Source of the DNA: an uncultured Desulfobacteraceae bacterium
GTDB lineage: Bacteria; Desulfobacterota; DSM-4660; Desulfatiglandales; HGW-15
Direction: 5' to 3'
Length of the DNA: 64,000 bases
Assembly (NCBI GenBank): GCA_964580575.1
Contig: CAZOLJ010000009.1
Coordinates: forward strand, 6,101 to 70,100
Shown piece by piece: positions 8,281 to 17,032 of the stretch (its first letter is position 1; every line of letters starts with the position of its first letter). The position numbers and the translations under genes were made by a program. The notes below the pieces were generated by a model, which worked only from the letters and a program-made list of their open reading frames with translations, was not told where the DNA came from and searched no databases.

Positions 8281-8572
8281 GTAACCGTTTAGCTCTTTGA
8301 AATAAACACAGAAAAAGGCCATGGGGGTCCCTCTAAAAACAGAAAAACGAAGAAGCCACAGCGCAGTGGCCAGCTTTAGGCAATAGGTGAGGCGGGCGGA
8401 GGGCTACCGGGGAATTCGCCATCTAAAGCCCTGCAGGCAGGTGCCGGTGAAACCTCGCCGCCCGCCTTCGCTGCCCCTCAGCTGCAGATTCCTTCCCGCA
8501 CACTCTTCGTTTTCTGTTTTTAGAGGGACCCCCATGGCCTGAACCATCCATTTCAAAGAGCCAAACGGTTAC
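8281..8572. mobile_element. MITE-like, non-coding palindromic element of about 292 bp. About 70-bp imperfect terminal inverted repeats flank a GC-rich structured core.
   Basis: The left arm (8281-8355) is GTAACCGTTTAGCTCTTTGAAAT...AGGCCATGGGGGTCCCTCTAAAAACAGAAAAACGAAGAAG. The right arm (8503-8572) is its reverse complement (CTCTTCGTTTTCTGTTTTTAGAGGGACCCCCATGGCCT...ATTTCAAAGAGCCAAACGGTTAC), apart from one divergent internal patch. The core has nested complements (AGGCGGGCGG at 8390-8399 with CCGCCCGCCT at 8457-8466). No ORF is present. Confidence 0.5.
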
Positions 8573-8665
8573 GATTAAATCCATTTCAATCACTGTCTTT
8601 TAATGTCATTCCCTCTGTTGCCGTGACAGGTTTAAAGAATCGCTGCTGAATTTCGGAGATTGGAC

Positions 8666-10171
8666 ATGAACCTCGCCATGAACCTGGAAGCCTCAGCCTG
8701 TTTCTTTGCCGATCGTCCGGCAGTGCGGCAGGCCGGCTCCGAAACATCCTATGTCCAACTCAATGATCAGTCGAACAGAATCGCCACTGGCCTTTTGAAG
8801 ATGGGTGTCAAGGCCGGGGAGCCCGTGGGCCTCTGTGCCCCGAACTCCGCCGACTGGATCGCGTTCTATTTCGGTGTGCTCAAGAGCGGAGCCATTGCCG
8901 TGACACTTTCCGCTGTTCTAGCGGGAGAGGAGCTTGCAACTCTTGTGAGCCACTCGCGGCTGCGGTTCCTCCTCGCTCATGAAAGCAGGCTCCAGGACCT
9001 GGATCGGCTAAAGAACCAGAGCGGCGTCGAGAAAGTTATTTGCCCGGGAGGAGATCTGGAACTCGGAGACCTGGTGAAGACGGGTTCAGGGTCGTTCAAG
9101 ACCGTTGAGAGGGATCGAGAGGACACGGCCGCGATCCTTTACACCGGCGGCACCACCGGCCTGCCCAAGGGCGTCATGCTGACCCACGAAGGCATCCAGT
9201 GTTCGAGCCACATAATCGCTCACTTCGAGCGCTCGACGGAAAACGATGTTGCCCTCTGCTTTCTACCCTTCAACCATGTCTTCGGACAAGTCCACATCCT
9301 AAATGGAACGATTCTGAGCGGGGGGTGTCTTGAGCTCCTGCCTGCCTTTGACTTGGACCAGGTCTTGACGGCCATGGAAGCCGGCCGGGTGACGAAGTTT
9401 TTTGCTGTGCCCACGGTGTACATCAGGCTTTTGAGCATAAAGGATCTGAAGACAAAGCTCGGAAACCTGCGCTACTGCTTTTCAGCCGCTGCTTCCATGC
9501 CCATGGAGATCGTTAAGCAGTGGAAAGAGCGATCCGGGATCACCATTTCCGAGTCCTATGGCATGACTGAAGCCATGCCGGTCACTTTCAACCACTACTA
9601 TCCCGAGCGGCACGTGGTGGGGTCGGTGGGGCAGGCGGTTCACGGCGTGGAGATCCAGATCAGGGACAAGGAGGGGAATCTGCTGGAACAGGGACAGGAA
9701 GGCGAAATCTGCATCCGCGGGCGCAACGTTATGAAAGCCTACCTCAATAACCCGGAAGGCACGCGCTCCGCTTTCTGGGAAGGCGGATGGCTCCGTTCCG
9801 GGGACATAGGAGTCTTCGATCGTGACGGGTACCTCTACCTTGTGGACCGCCTCAAGGATCTCATTATTACGGGCGGAGAAAATGTCTACCCTCGGGAAGT
9901 GGAGGAGGCGATTTACACAAGGCCTGAAGTGGAGCAGTGCGCCGTTGTCGGTTTGCCGGATAGGGAGTGGGGTGAACGGGTGGTCGCCTTTATCGTACCG
10001 AAGCCGGGCCAACGCGTTGTTGCCGATGAGATGAAGACTTCGCTCAAAACCCGGCTATCGCCCTTCAAGGTGCCGAAAGAGTACATCATGGTCAGTGAAC
10101 TGCCGAAAAGCCCGACAGGAAAGATTCTTAAAAGGGAACTTCGAAAACAGCATCTGGAGAGAGGAAAGTGA
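8666..10171 (+). CDS. AMP-forming acyl-CoA synthetase (adenylate-forming ligase), 501 aa.
   Basis: It has the AMP-binding motif ILYTGGTTGLPKGVMLTHEG, plus later blocks YGMTEA and GWLRSGDIGVFDRDGYLYLVDRLKDLIITGGENVYP and a C-terminal PKSPTGKILKREL. GGAGA lies 6 nt before the ATG at 8666; the tracked start at 8660 is a TTG. Confidence 0.85.
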   Translation: MNLAMNLEASACFFADRPAVRQAGSETSYVQLNDQSNRIATGLLKMGVKAGEPVGLCAPNSADWIAFYFGVLKSGAIAVTLSAVLAGEELATLVSHSRLRFLLAHESRLQDLDRLKNQSGVEKVICPGGDLELGDLVKTGSGSFKTVERDREDTAAILYTGGTTGLPKGVMLTHEGIQCSSHIIAHFERSTENDVALCFLPFNHVFGQVHILNGTILSGGCLELLPAFDLDQVLTAMEAGRVTKFFAVPTVYIRLLSIKDLKTKLGNLRYCFSAAASMPMEIVKQWKERSGITISESYGMTEAMPVTFNHYYPERHVVGSVGQAVHGVEIQIRDKEGNLLEQGQEGEICIRGRNVMKAYLNNPEGTRSAFWEGGWLRSGDIGVFDRDGYLYLVDRLKDLIITGGENVYPREVEEAIYTRPEVEQCAVVGLPDREWGERVVAFIVPKPGQRVVADEMKTSLKTRLSPFKVPKEYIMVSELPKSPTGKILKRELRKQHLERGK

Positions 10172-10244
10172 TCTTCCGGGGGACGTCTCGGCATAAGAGC
10201 TTGAGAGACGCCCGGGAGTTGGAGGATGGAAAAGGAGATCGTTT

Positions 10245-10877
10245 ATGGCGGAAGCCTTGGTCCAAGCTCTTGTGGATATGAAAGAGGCCGAGGCCCTGCA
10301 GAGGGCCAAGCAATTGCTTGCTGAGGGGACGGAACCTCTAAAAATCCTGGGGAGTTGCTCCATGGCCATGGAGATCGTCGGGCAGCGCTTTGAGAAGGGG
10401 GTGTATTTCTTGCCCCATCTCATGATGGCGGGGGAGATGCTGAAACAGATTTCTGCAATGATCAAACCTCTTGTGCAGGAACAGAAAGCCGAAGCAAAGA
10501 AGGGAAGGGTGCTGATCGGCACCGTGGAAGGGGATATCCACGACATCGGTAAGAACATCGTCGTCTTTCTGCTGGAAGCAAACGGTTTTGAAGTGCGCGA
10601 CATTGGTATCAATCAAAAACCTGCCAAGTTTGTCGAAGCCGTCAAGGAGTTTCAGCCCAAGGTGGTAGGGATGAGTGGATTGCTCACCCTGGCGTTTGAC
10701 TCCATGAAGAAGACCGTGGAAGCGATCAAAGAAGCAGGACTGCGTGAAACGGTGCGGATCGTGATCGGCGGAGGTGTCGTCACGGAGAAGATCAAGGACT
10801 ACAGCGGCGCGGATGCGTATGCTCCTGACGCGATGGCAGGCGTGAGACTTGCCAAAGAGTGGACGCAGAGGAGATAG
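10245..10877 (+). CDS. Corrinoid (cobalamin)-binding protein, MtaC/MtbC-like, 210 aa.
   Basis: A complete base-off/His-on signature is visible: DIHDIG (DxHxxG, nt 10533-10550), then 41 residues to SGL (SxL), then 28 residues to GG (IVIGGG). An N-terminal helical cap domain is present. AAGGAG lies 7 nt before the ATG. Confidence 0.8.
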   Translation: MAEALVQALVDMKEAEALQRAKQLLAEGTEPLKILGSCSMAMEIVGQRFEKGVYFLPHLMMAGEMLKQISAMIKPLVQEQKAEAKKGRVLIGTVEGDIHDIGKNIVVFLLEANGFEVRDIGINQKPAKFVEAVKEFQPKVVGMSGLLTLAFDSMKKTVEAIKEAGLRETVRIVIGGGVVTEKIKDYSGADAYAPDAMAGVRLAKEWTQRR

Positions 10878-10878
10878 C

Positions 10879-12228
10879 ATGCAACAACGATTCCTGGAAG
10901 CCTCGGCTGAGGCGGAGAAGAAACAGGAGGAAAGGTACGGCATCTGGCTCAAGGGGGAAGGCATCCCCTTTGTCGACGAAAAAGCGGAGAGGGCTTACCG
11001 GGAACGGGTCATCCTGATGAAAGAGGCGATCCAGCTCAGGCAAAGGCCCAATCGCATTCCTGTGTGCCCCTCAGCCGGCTTCTTCCCCATGCAGTATGCG
11101 GGGATTACCATGTACGATGCGATGTATGACTACCGCGCTCTCGGAACAGCGTGGGAGTCCTACCATCTCGACCTTGAGCCGGATGCCTACAACGGCCCCA
11201 CGACGATCGTGCCCGGCAAGGTGCTGGACATCCTGGATCTGAAGCTCTACGAGTGGCCGGGACATGGTGTTTCTCACGAGCGGGAATACCAGTACGTTGA
11301 AGTGGAGTACATGAAGGCGGAGGAATACCAGGACTTGATCGACGACCCCACCGCCTTTTTTCTGAATGTCTACTTCCCTCGCATCTTCGGGTCTCTCAAG
11401 CCCTTGGCCGCTTTTCCCCTTCTTCCTCCGGTGAACGAAATCCCCATGGTGCCGCCGCTCGCCATGCCTTTTGGGGCAGAGAACATGAAGGCGGCCTTGG
11501 AATGCCTCGCTAAGGCGGGAGAGGAAGCGCTTCGTTGGAGAGCGGCAATACGGGAGATCGGCGGCCGCATCATGGGAAAGGGGTTCCCCGCTTTTTCAGG
11601 GGGCTTCACCAAGGCGCCTTTTGACGTGATAGGGGACAGCTTGAGAGGCACCCAGGGAGTCATGCTGGACATGTTCCGTTTTCCGGATGAGCTGAAAGAG
11701 GCCTGCGAGCGATTGATCCCGAGCATGATCAAATGCGCTGTAGGGGCATGCAACGCAACCGGCCACATCATGCCTTTCATGCCTCTTCACAAGGGCGCAG
11801 ACGGCTTTATGTCCCAGGAGCAGTTCAAGACTTTTTATTGGCCGAGCCTGAGGAAACTCATCATCGGCCTGGTCAACGAAGGACTGGTGCCTCAGCTTTT
11901 TGCCGAGGGATCGTACAACGATCGTCTCGAAGTCATTTCCGATGTCCCCAAGGGCAAGGTGGTGTGGTGGTTTGACCGGACGGACATGAAAAAGGCGAAA
12001 GAGACGGTGGGCAGAGTGGCCTGCGTGGCGGGGAATGTCCCGTTGGATCTGCTGTGTACCGGCACTCTTGACGAGGTTAAGGCTTACTGTAAGGAACTCA
12101 TCGACGTGGCCGGCGCGGGTGGAGGATTTATCCTCTCGACAGGAGCAGGAATCCAGGGTTCGAGAAAAGAAAATGTGAAAGCCATGATCGAGTTCTGCAA
12201 GGACTACGGCAGATACGGAAAGAGATAG
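10879..12228 (+). CDS. URO-D-family protein (uroporphyrinogen decarboxylase / MtaA-CmuA-like methyltransferase superfamily), 449 aa.
   Basis: The ATG at 10879 starts 2 nt after the corrinoid-protein stop codon (TAG 10875-10877). The overall pattern and the C-terminal GGGFILSTGAGIQGSRKENVKAMIEF resemble URO-D/MtaA-type TIM barrels. This assignment comes from recognition only, not from a search. Confidence 0.65.
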   Translation: MQQRFLEASAEAEKKQEERYGIWLKGEGIPFVDEKAERAYRERVILMKEAIQLRQRPNRIPVCPSAGFFPMQYAGITMYDAMYDYRALGTAWESYHLDLEPDAYNGPTTIVPGKVLDILDLKLYEWPGHGVSHEREYQYVEVEYMKAEEYQDLIDDPTAFFLNVYFPRIFGSLKPLAAFPLLPPVNEIPMVPPLAMPFGAENMKAALECLAKAGEEALRWRAAIREIGGRIMGKGFPAFSGGFTKAPFDVIGDSLRGTQGVMLDMFRFPDELKEACERLIPSMIKCAVGACNATGHIMPFMPLHKGADGFMSQEQFKTFYWPSLRKLIIGLVNEGLVPQLFAEGSYNDRLEVISDVPKGKVVWWFDRTDMKKAKETVGRVACVAGNVPLDLLCTGTLDEVKAYCKELIDVAGAGGGFILSTGAGIQGSRKENVKAMIEFCKDYGRYGKR

Positions 12229-12237
12229 AGGAGTCCC

Positions 12238-13386
12238 ATGGGCTTCAATCTGACCAAAGAGCAGATTGACATCCAGAAAGCGGCCAGGGAATTTGCCGAA
12301 GGCGAGCTCAGGCCCGTCGCAAGGGATCTAGACGCCAGAGAGACCTTCGACGACCGCTTGTGGAAAAAGGCGGCCGAACTGGGGTTTCTGGCCGTGTTCG
12401 TGAATGAGAAATATGGCGGCTTGGGGCTAGGCTATCTTGAGCAGTGCTTGATCGTTGAGGAGTTCGCCCGCGTGGACCTTGGAATCGCCCATGCCCTTGA
12501 ATCCACCTTTTTCGGGACCCAACTCATCCAGTTTGCAGGCAATGAAAAACAGAAGGAGAAGTATCTGCCTCCCCTATGCCGTGGGGAGATGCGGATGGGC
12601 GTTGCGATCACAGAGCCGGATGCCGGAAGCGACGTGACGTCCGTGACCACGCAAGCGATCAAAGACAACGGGGACTATGTCATCAGCGGAAACAAGATCT
12701 TCATCACCAACGCCACGCTCGCCGATTTCCTGATTGTCCTGTGCGTTACCCATCCCGATCACCCCAAAAAGCACGACAGGTTCAGCACGATCCTGGTGGA
12801 GACGAACAGGGCAGGATATGAAGCCAATGTTTTGCACGGTAAGCTTTCGCTCCGGCCGTCGAATACGGGCGAAGTGGCGTTCAAAGGGGTCAGAGTCCCC
12901 CTGGGCAATCTTCTGGGCAAGGAAGGAAGGGGCTTTTACAATGTCATGGAATTCTTCAACCGGACGCGCGTCCAAGTGGCCGCCCTGGGGGTGGGGACGG
13001 CACAGGGTGCCCTGGACAAAGCCGTCGCCTACGTGCGCCGGCGCGAGCAGTTTGGAAGTCCTCTTGGAGCTTTCCAGCTCGTGCAGGGAAAAATCGCGGA
13101 AATGGTCACGATGACCGAAGCGGCTCGATCCCTATGCTATCGCGCGGCATCAAAACTCGATTCCAAATCCCCTGATCCGGCGCTCAGCTCTATGGCGAAG
13201 TGGTACTGCGCGGAGGTGGCGGTGAAAGTTGCTGACGACGCCATCCAGCTTCATGGGGGATATGGCATCCTCGAAGAGTATGATGTGGCTCATTACTGGC
13301 GCAATGCAAAAGTCCTGGAGATCTTTGAAGGAAGCAAAGAGATAGAGAAGATCCTTATCGGTAAAAAGATTCTCAGCGCGAGATGA
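12238..13386 (+). CDS. Acyl-CoA dehydrogenase, 382 aa.
   Basis: Typical ACAD blocks are present: GVAITEPDAGSDVTSVTT, KIFITNA, FNRTRVQVAALGVGTAQGALD, QLHGGYGILEEYDVAHYWRNAKVLEIFEGSKEI. Confidence 0.9.
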   Translation: MGFNLTKEQIDIQKAAREFAEGELRPVARDLDARETFDDRLWKKAAELGFLAVFVNEKYGGLGLGYLEQCLIVEEFARVDLGIAHALESTFFGTQLIQFAGNEKQKEKYLPPLCRGEMRMGVAITEPDAGSDVTSVTTQAIKDNGDYVISGNKIFITNATLADFLIVLCVTHPDHPKKHDRFSTILVETNRAGYEANVLHGKLSLRPSNTGEVAFKGVRVPLGNLLGKEGRGFYNVMEFFNRTRVQVAALGVGTAQGALDKAVAYVRRREQFGSPLGAFQLVQGKIAEMVTMTEAARSLCYRAASKLDSKSPDPALSSMAKWYCAEVAVKVADDAIQLHGGYGILEEYDVAHYWRNAKVLEIFEGSKEIEKILIGKKILSAR

Positions 13387-13392
13387 GTAAGG

Positions 13393-14211
13393 ATGCAAAA
13401 CAACGGCCAAGTGGCATTGCGGATTGATAGCGTCACACTCGGTTTTGGCGGAGTGACTGCGCTATCCAACGTGAGCATGGACCTCAAGGGGAACGAGATC
13501 CTCGCGGTCATCGGCCCGAATGGGGCAGGCAAGACCGCTCTGCTGAACTGCATCAGCGGTTTCTACAAGCCTCAAAAGGGAGACATCGTCTATGCCGGCC
13601 GAGAAATCACGAGAATGCGGCCGGACAAACTGGCCAACCTTGGGATTGCAAGGACCTTTCAGAACATCGAGCTCTACACCGGGCTGAGCACTCAAGACAA
13701 TATCATGGCGTCCCGGCACGCGCTGATGAAGCAAAATTTTGTGAGCGGTGCGCTGTATCTTGGTTGGGCGCAAAAGGAGGAAATCAGGCACCGGCAGGTC
13801 GTGGAAGAAATCATTGACTTTCTGGAAATAGCGCACATCCGAAAGAAGATCGTCGGCCTTCTGCCCTACGGTCTTCGGAAACGGGTCGAGCTGGCCAGAG
13901 CATTGGCTCTTGAGCCCAAGGTTTTGCTTCTTGACGAACCTATGGCAGGAATGAACCTGGAAGAAAAGGAGGACATCGCGCGGTTCATCATCGACGCGTT
14001 TGAGGGGCAAGGGGCCACTTACCCGGACACACCGGTTCTGAGGGATGGAATCCGGTCCATTGTACTCGTCGAGCACGATATGGGGGTCGTGATGGACCTG
14101 GCGGATCGAGTCGTCGTTCTCGATTTCGGGCGCAAAATCGCCGAGGGCACGCCCTCAGAGATCAGCGCCAACCCCGCGGTGATCAGCGCCTACCTGGGGA
14201 AGGGGAAGTAG
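13393..14211 (+). CDS. ABC transporter ATP-binding protein, LivG-like.
   Basis: Walker A GPNGAGKT, signature-like LPYGLRKRVELARAL, Walker B LLLDEPMAG, and the C-terminal AYLG motif of the LivG/F family. Confidence 0.85.
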   Translation: MQNNGQVALRIDSVTLGFGGVTALSNVSMDLKGNEILAVIGPNGAGKTALLNCISGFYKPQKGDIVYAGREITRMRPDKLANLGIARTFQNIELYTGLSTQDNIMASRHALMKQNFVSGALYLGWAQKEEIRHRQVVEEIIDFLEIAHIRKKIVGLLPYGLRKRVELARALALEPKVLLLDEPMAGMNLEEKEDIARFIIDAFEGQGATYPDTPVLRDGIRSIVLVEHDMGVVMDLADRVVVLDFGRKIAEGTPSEISANPAVISAYLGKGK

Positions 14212-15006
14212 ATGCTGTTAGTGAAGAACATTGAAGTGGCCTACATGAAGGTCATTCAGGTCCTGAGAGGCGTATCCCTGGAAGTCCATGAGGGGAAGAT
14301 CGCCGCCCTGCTCGGAGCCAACGGGGCGGGAAAAACGACCACGCTGAAGGCCATATCCGGGATGCTGAAGACAGAAGAAGGAGAGGTCACGGACGGCAGT
14401 ATTGCATTTAACGGCAAAAGGATTGATGGGTATGGTCCGGAGGTGATTGCCGCCATGGGGATCAGCCAGGCCATGGAGGGGCGAAGGGTTCTCGAACACC
14501 TCAGCGTTGAGGAAAACTTGTTGGTCGGCGCCTACTGTCGAAAAGACCGGGCTGGAGTCAAGAAAGATCTGGAGCTCGTTTTCGATTACTTCCCGAAGAT
14601 CAAGCTCCTTCGCCAACGGACAAGCGGCTACCTCTCGGGCGGGGAACAACAGATGCTCGTGATCGGCCGAGCCCTCATGGCGCGTCCCCGGCTGATGCTT
14701 CTCGACGAACCTTCTCTTGGTCTTGCCCCTTTGATCATCGAAGATATTTACCACATCATCGACAGAATCCGTGCGGACCAGAAGATGGCCATTCTCCTGG
14801 TGGAGCAAAATGCGAGGGCCGCCCTTGGGATTGCAGACGAGGGTTATGTCATGGAAAACGGCAGAATCGTGATGGGAGGCCCAGCAGATAAGTTGAGGGA
14901 TAATGAGGACGTACGGGAATTTTACCTGGGACTTTCTGCACTGGGGTCGAGAAAGAGCTATCGCGATGTAAAGCACTACAGGCGAAAGAAGAGGTGGCTG
15001 GGATAA
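14212..15006 (+). CDS. ABC transporter ATP-binding protein, LivF-like.
   Basis: Walker A GANGAGKTT, signature LSGGEQQML, Walker B LMLLDEPSLGLAP. It starts immediately after the previous stop. Confidence 0.85.
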   Translation: MLLVKNIEVAYMKVIQVLRGVSLEVHEGKIAALLGANGAGKTTTLKAISGMLKTEEGEVTDGSIAFNGKRIDGYGPEVIAAMGISQAMEGRRVLEHLSVEENLLVGAYCRKDRAGVKKDLELVFDYFPKIKLLRQRTSGYLSGGEQQMLVIGRALMARPRLMLLDEPSLGLAPLIIEDIYHIIDRIRADQKMAILLVEQNARAALGIADEGYVMENGRIVMGGPADKLRDNEDVREFYLGLSALGSRKSYRDVKHYRRKKRWLG

Positions 15007-15010
15007 TACG

Positions 15011-15083
15011 AGTAAGGAGTAACAAGTGACAAGTGACAAGCAAAAGAAGGCTCGTCACTCGTCAGCGGAGCGGACTCGTCACC
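15011..15083. repeat. GTGACAAG-type word-repeat hairpin, copy 1.
   Basis: The left arm GAGTAAGGAGTAACAAGTGACAAGTGACAAG, the loop CAAAAGAAGG, and the right arm CTCGTCACTCGTCA...CTCGTCAC. It lies between the LivF-like gene and the ligase gene. Confidence 0.6.
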
Positions 15084-15103
15084 AGCGAAGCGAAAAGATT
15101 AGG

Positions 15104-17032
15104 ATGCAGCTGATGTATACAGATAAGGGTGATACCTGGCCCAAGGTCCTGAAGCACAACTGCGAAAAATACTGCGACACCCGCAGGGCCTTGCGCGAAA
15201 AGCACTATGGGATCTGGCAGCCCTCCACATGGAAGGACTATTATCTCCGTGTGAAATCACTGGCCCTGGGGTTGATGTCCCTGGGCCTTAAAGCGGGAGA
15301 CAAGGTTCTTATCGTCGGGGACAATGCGCCGCAATGGTATTACGCCGAATTGGCAACCCAAGCCGACCACGGCGTAGCCGTGGGTGCCTATTCGGACCTA
15401 ACCCCTCGGGAAATTCAATACCTCGCCGAGAATTCGGAGGCCTCCTTCGCGATCGTGCAAGACCAGGAGCAGGTGGACAAATTGCTTCAAGTCAAGGATG
15501 CCCTCCCTCTTCTGAAGAAGGTCCTTTTCTGGAGCTACAAAGGTTTGGCCCACTACAAGGATCCTGCCCTGATGGGATTCAGGGAGGTAGTGGAACGCGG
15601 TGAAGCGCACGAAAAGGAACATCCGGGGCTCTTTGAGCGCAATGTGGAAAGCGGCCAAGCGGATGATGTCTGTGCCATTGTCTACACGTCAGGAACCAGC
15701 GGTGAGGTCCCCAAAGGGGCGGTCCACACCTACAGGACATTGAGGGCGGGCGCGGAATATCACCTGTGTCTCGACCCGTGGGTTGAAGATGACAATATCG
15801 TGCCCTTCCTTCCACCCGTTTGGATCAACGAGCAGTGGCTTGCATTGGGGTGTCATCTCCTTTCAGCTTGTGTGCTCAACTTCGCTGAGGGACCTGAAAC
15901 CCAACAGCGGGACGCGATGGAAATAGGTCCCAGCATTGTATTCCGCGGAGCCCGGCTTTGGGAGAGTCAGGCCGCAATGGTGAGGGCGAGGATTTCAAAC
16001 TCCGATCCCATCAAACGGTTTGCCTTTCGGGTGCTCATGCCTGTGGGCCATCAGATGGCCGAAGTATCGTACAAGAAGCAGAAACCGGGGCTGTTCCTGA
16101 GAATGATCTATTGGATGGCCGATGCCACGCTTTTTGAGCCTATAAGACACAGCCTGGGGCTGCACAAGGCCAGGATTTGTTATACGAGCGGCACCATGCT
16201 CAGCGCGGACGCCTTCAAATTCTACTATGCCCTCAATCTCCCTCTCAAGAGCCTCTACGGAACCACAGAGGGTGGAGCCCTGAGCGGCGCAAGAAATGAC
16301 GATATCTGCTCGGAGACGGTTGGCCCTGCACACAAGGGAGCGGAAGTGAGAATAACCGATGACGGAGAGATCCTTTACAGACAGCCCGGCACTTTTGTCG
16401 GGTATTACAAGAATCCGGAGAAGACCTCGGAAGCGCTTAAGGATGGATGGTTCCACACCGGGGACAGCGGGTTCCTCAGGGACGACGGGCACATTGTGCT
16501 TGCGGGCAGGCTGAAGGATCTTATTCGACTGGCAAACGGAGACACCCTTGGCCCCCAAGAGATAGAAAGCAGGCTGAGGTTCAGCCCTTATATCAAGGAT
16601 GCGTGGATACTCGCCCCCCCTGGCGCACGCTACGCGTCGGCCATCATCATCATCGATTACGAGAGCGTGGGGAAGTGGGCCGGAGAGAGGAGGGTGCCTT
16701 ACAGCACTTTCACAGAACTCGCTCAAGGGCAGGAGGTTTACGAATTGATAAAACGGGATATCGACAGGGTCAACACCACCTTGTCCCCCGGCTCCAGGAT
16801 AAGGAAGTACGTCATTCTCCACAGGGAATTCGATCCTGACGAGGGGGAACTCACCAGGAACAGAAGACTGAGAAGGGCATTTCTGGAAAAACGTTACAGC
16901 GAACTCATTGAAGCGATTTATAGGGACAGGACCGAGGTGCCGGTCGAAGCCCGGGTCGGACACAGCGACGCAGGCAAGGAAACCATCAAGACGACGCTTC
17001 GAATCCAGTCTGTTGAAGGAGCTGACGCATGA
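15104..17032 (+). CDS. Long-chain-type AMP-forming acyl-CoA ligase (COG1022-like), about 642 aa.
   Basis: Motifs IVYTSGTSGEVPKGAVHTY, YGTTEGG and GWFHTGDSGFLRDDGHIVLAGRLKD. The tracked GTG start at 15026 would translate the repeat hairpin, so I prefer the ATG at 15104 (MQLMYTDKGDTW...). The stop overlaps the next ATG (ATGA at 17029-17032). Confidence 0.8.
   Translation: MQLMYTDKGDTWPKVLKHNCEKYCDTRRALREKHYGIWQPSTWKDYYLRVKSLALGLMSLGLKAGDKVLIVGDNAPQWYYAELATQADHGVAVGAYSDLTPREIQYLAENSEASFAIVQDQEQVDKLLQVKDALPLLKKVLFWSYKGLAHYKDPALMGFREVVERGEAHEKEHPGLFERNVESGQADDVCAIVYTSGTSGEVPKGAVHTYRTLRAGAEYHLCLDPWVEDDNIVPFLPPVWINEQWLALGCHLLSACVLNFAEGPETQQRDAMEIGPSIVFRGARLWESQAAMVRARISNSDPIKRFAFRVLMPVGHQMAEVSYKKQKPGLFLRMIYWMADATLFEPIRHSLGLHKARICYTSGTMLSADAFKFYYALNLPLKSLYGTTEGGALSGARNDDICSETVGPAHKGAEVRITDDGEILYRQPGTFVGYYKNPEKTSEALKDGWFHTGDSGFLRDDGHIVLAGRLKDLIRLANGDTLGPQEIESRLRFSPYIKDAWILAPPGARYASAIIIIDYESVGKWAGERRVPYSTFTELAQGQEVYELIKRDIDRVNTTLSPGSRIRKYVILHREFDPDEGELTRNRRLRRAFLEKRYSELIEAIYRDRTEVPVEARVGHSDAGKETIKTTLRIQSVEGADA

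Noticed and set aside
8573-10244. A cobalamin riboswitch upstream of the corrinoid-protein operon.
   Set aside because: I looked in 8181-8665 and 10172-10244 for the conserved B12-box region and the multi-stem architecture and did not recognise them. This rests on visual inspection only, and an Infernal scan would be decisive.
15026-15103. The GTG start at 15026 for the second ligase (668-aa version).
   Set aside because: The extra 26 residues (VTSDKQKKARHSSAERTRHQRSEKIR) are the translation of the GTGACAAG hairpin. The conserved ligase N-terminus begins near the ATG at 15104.
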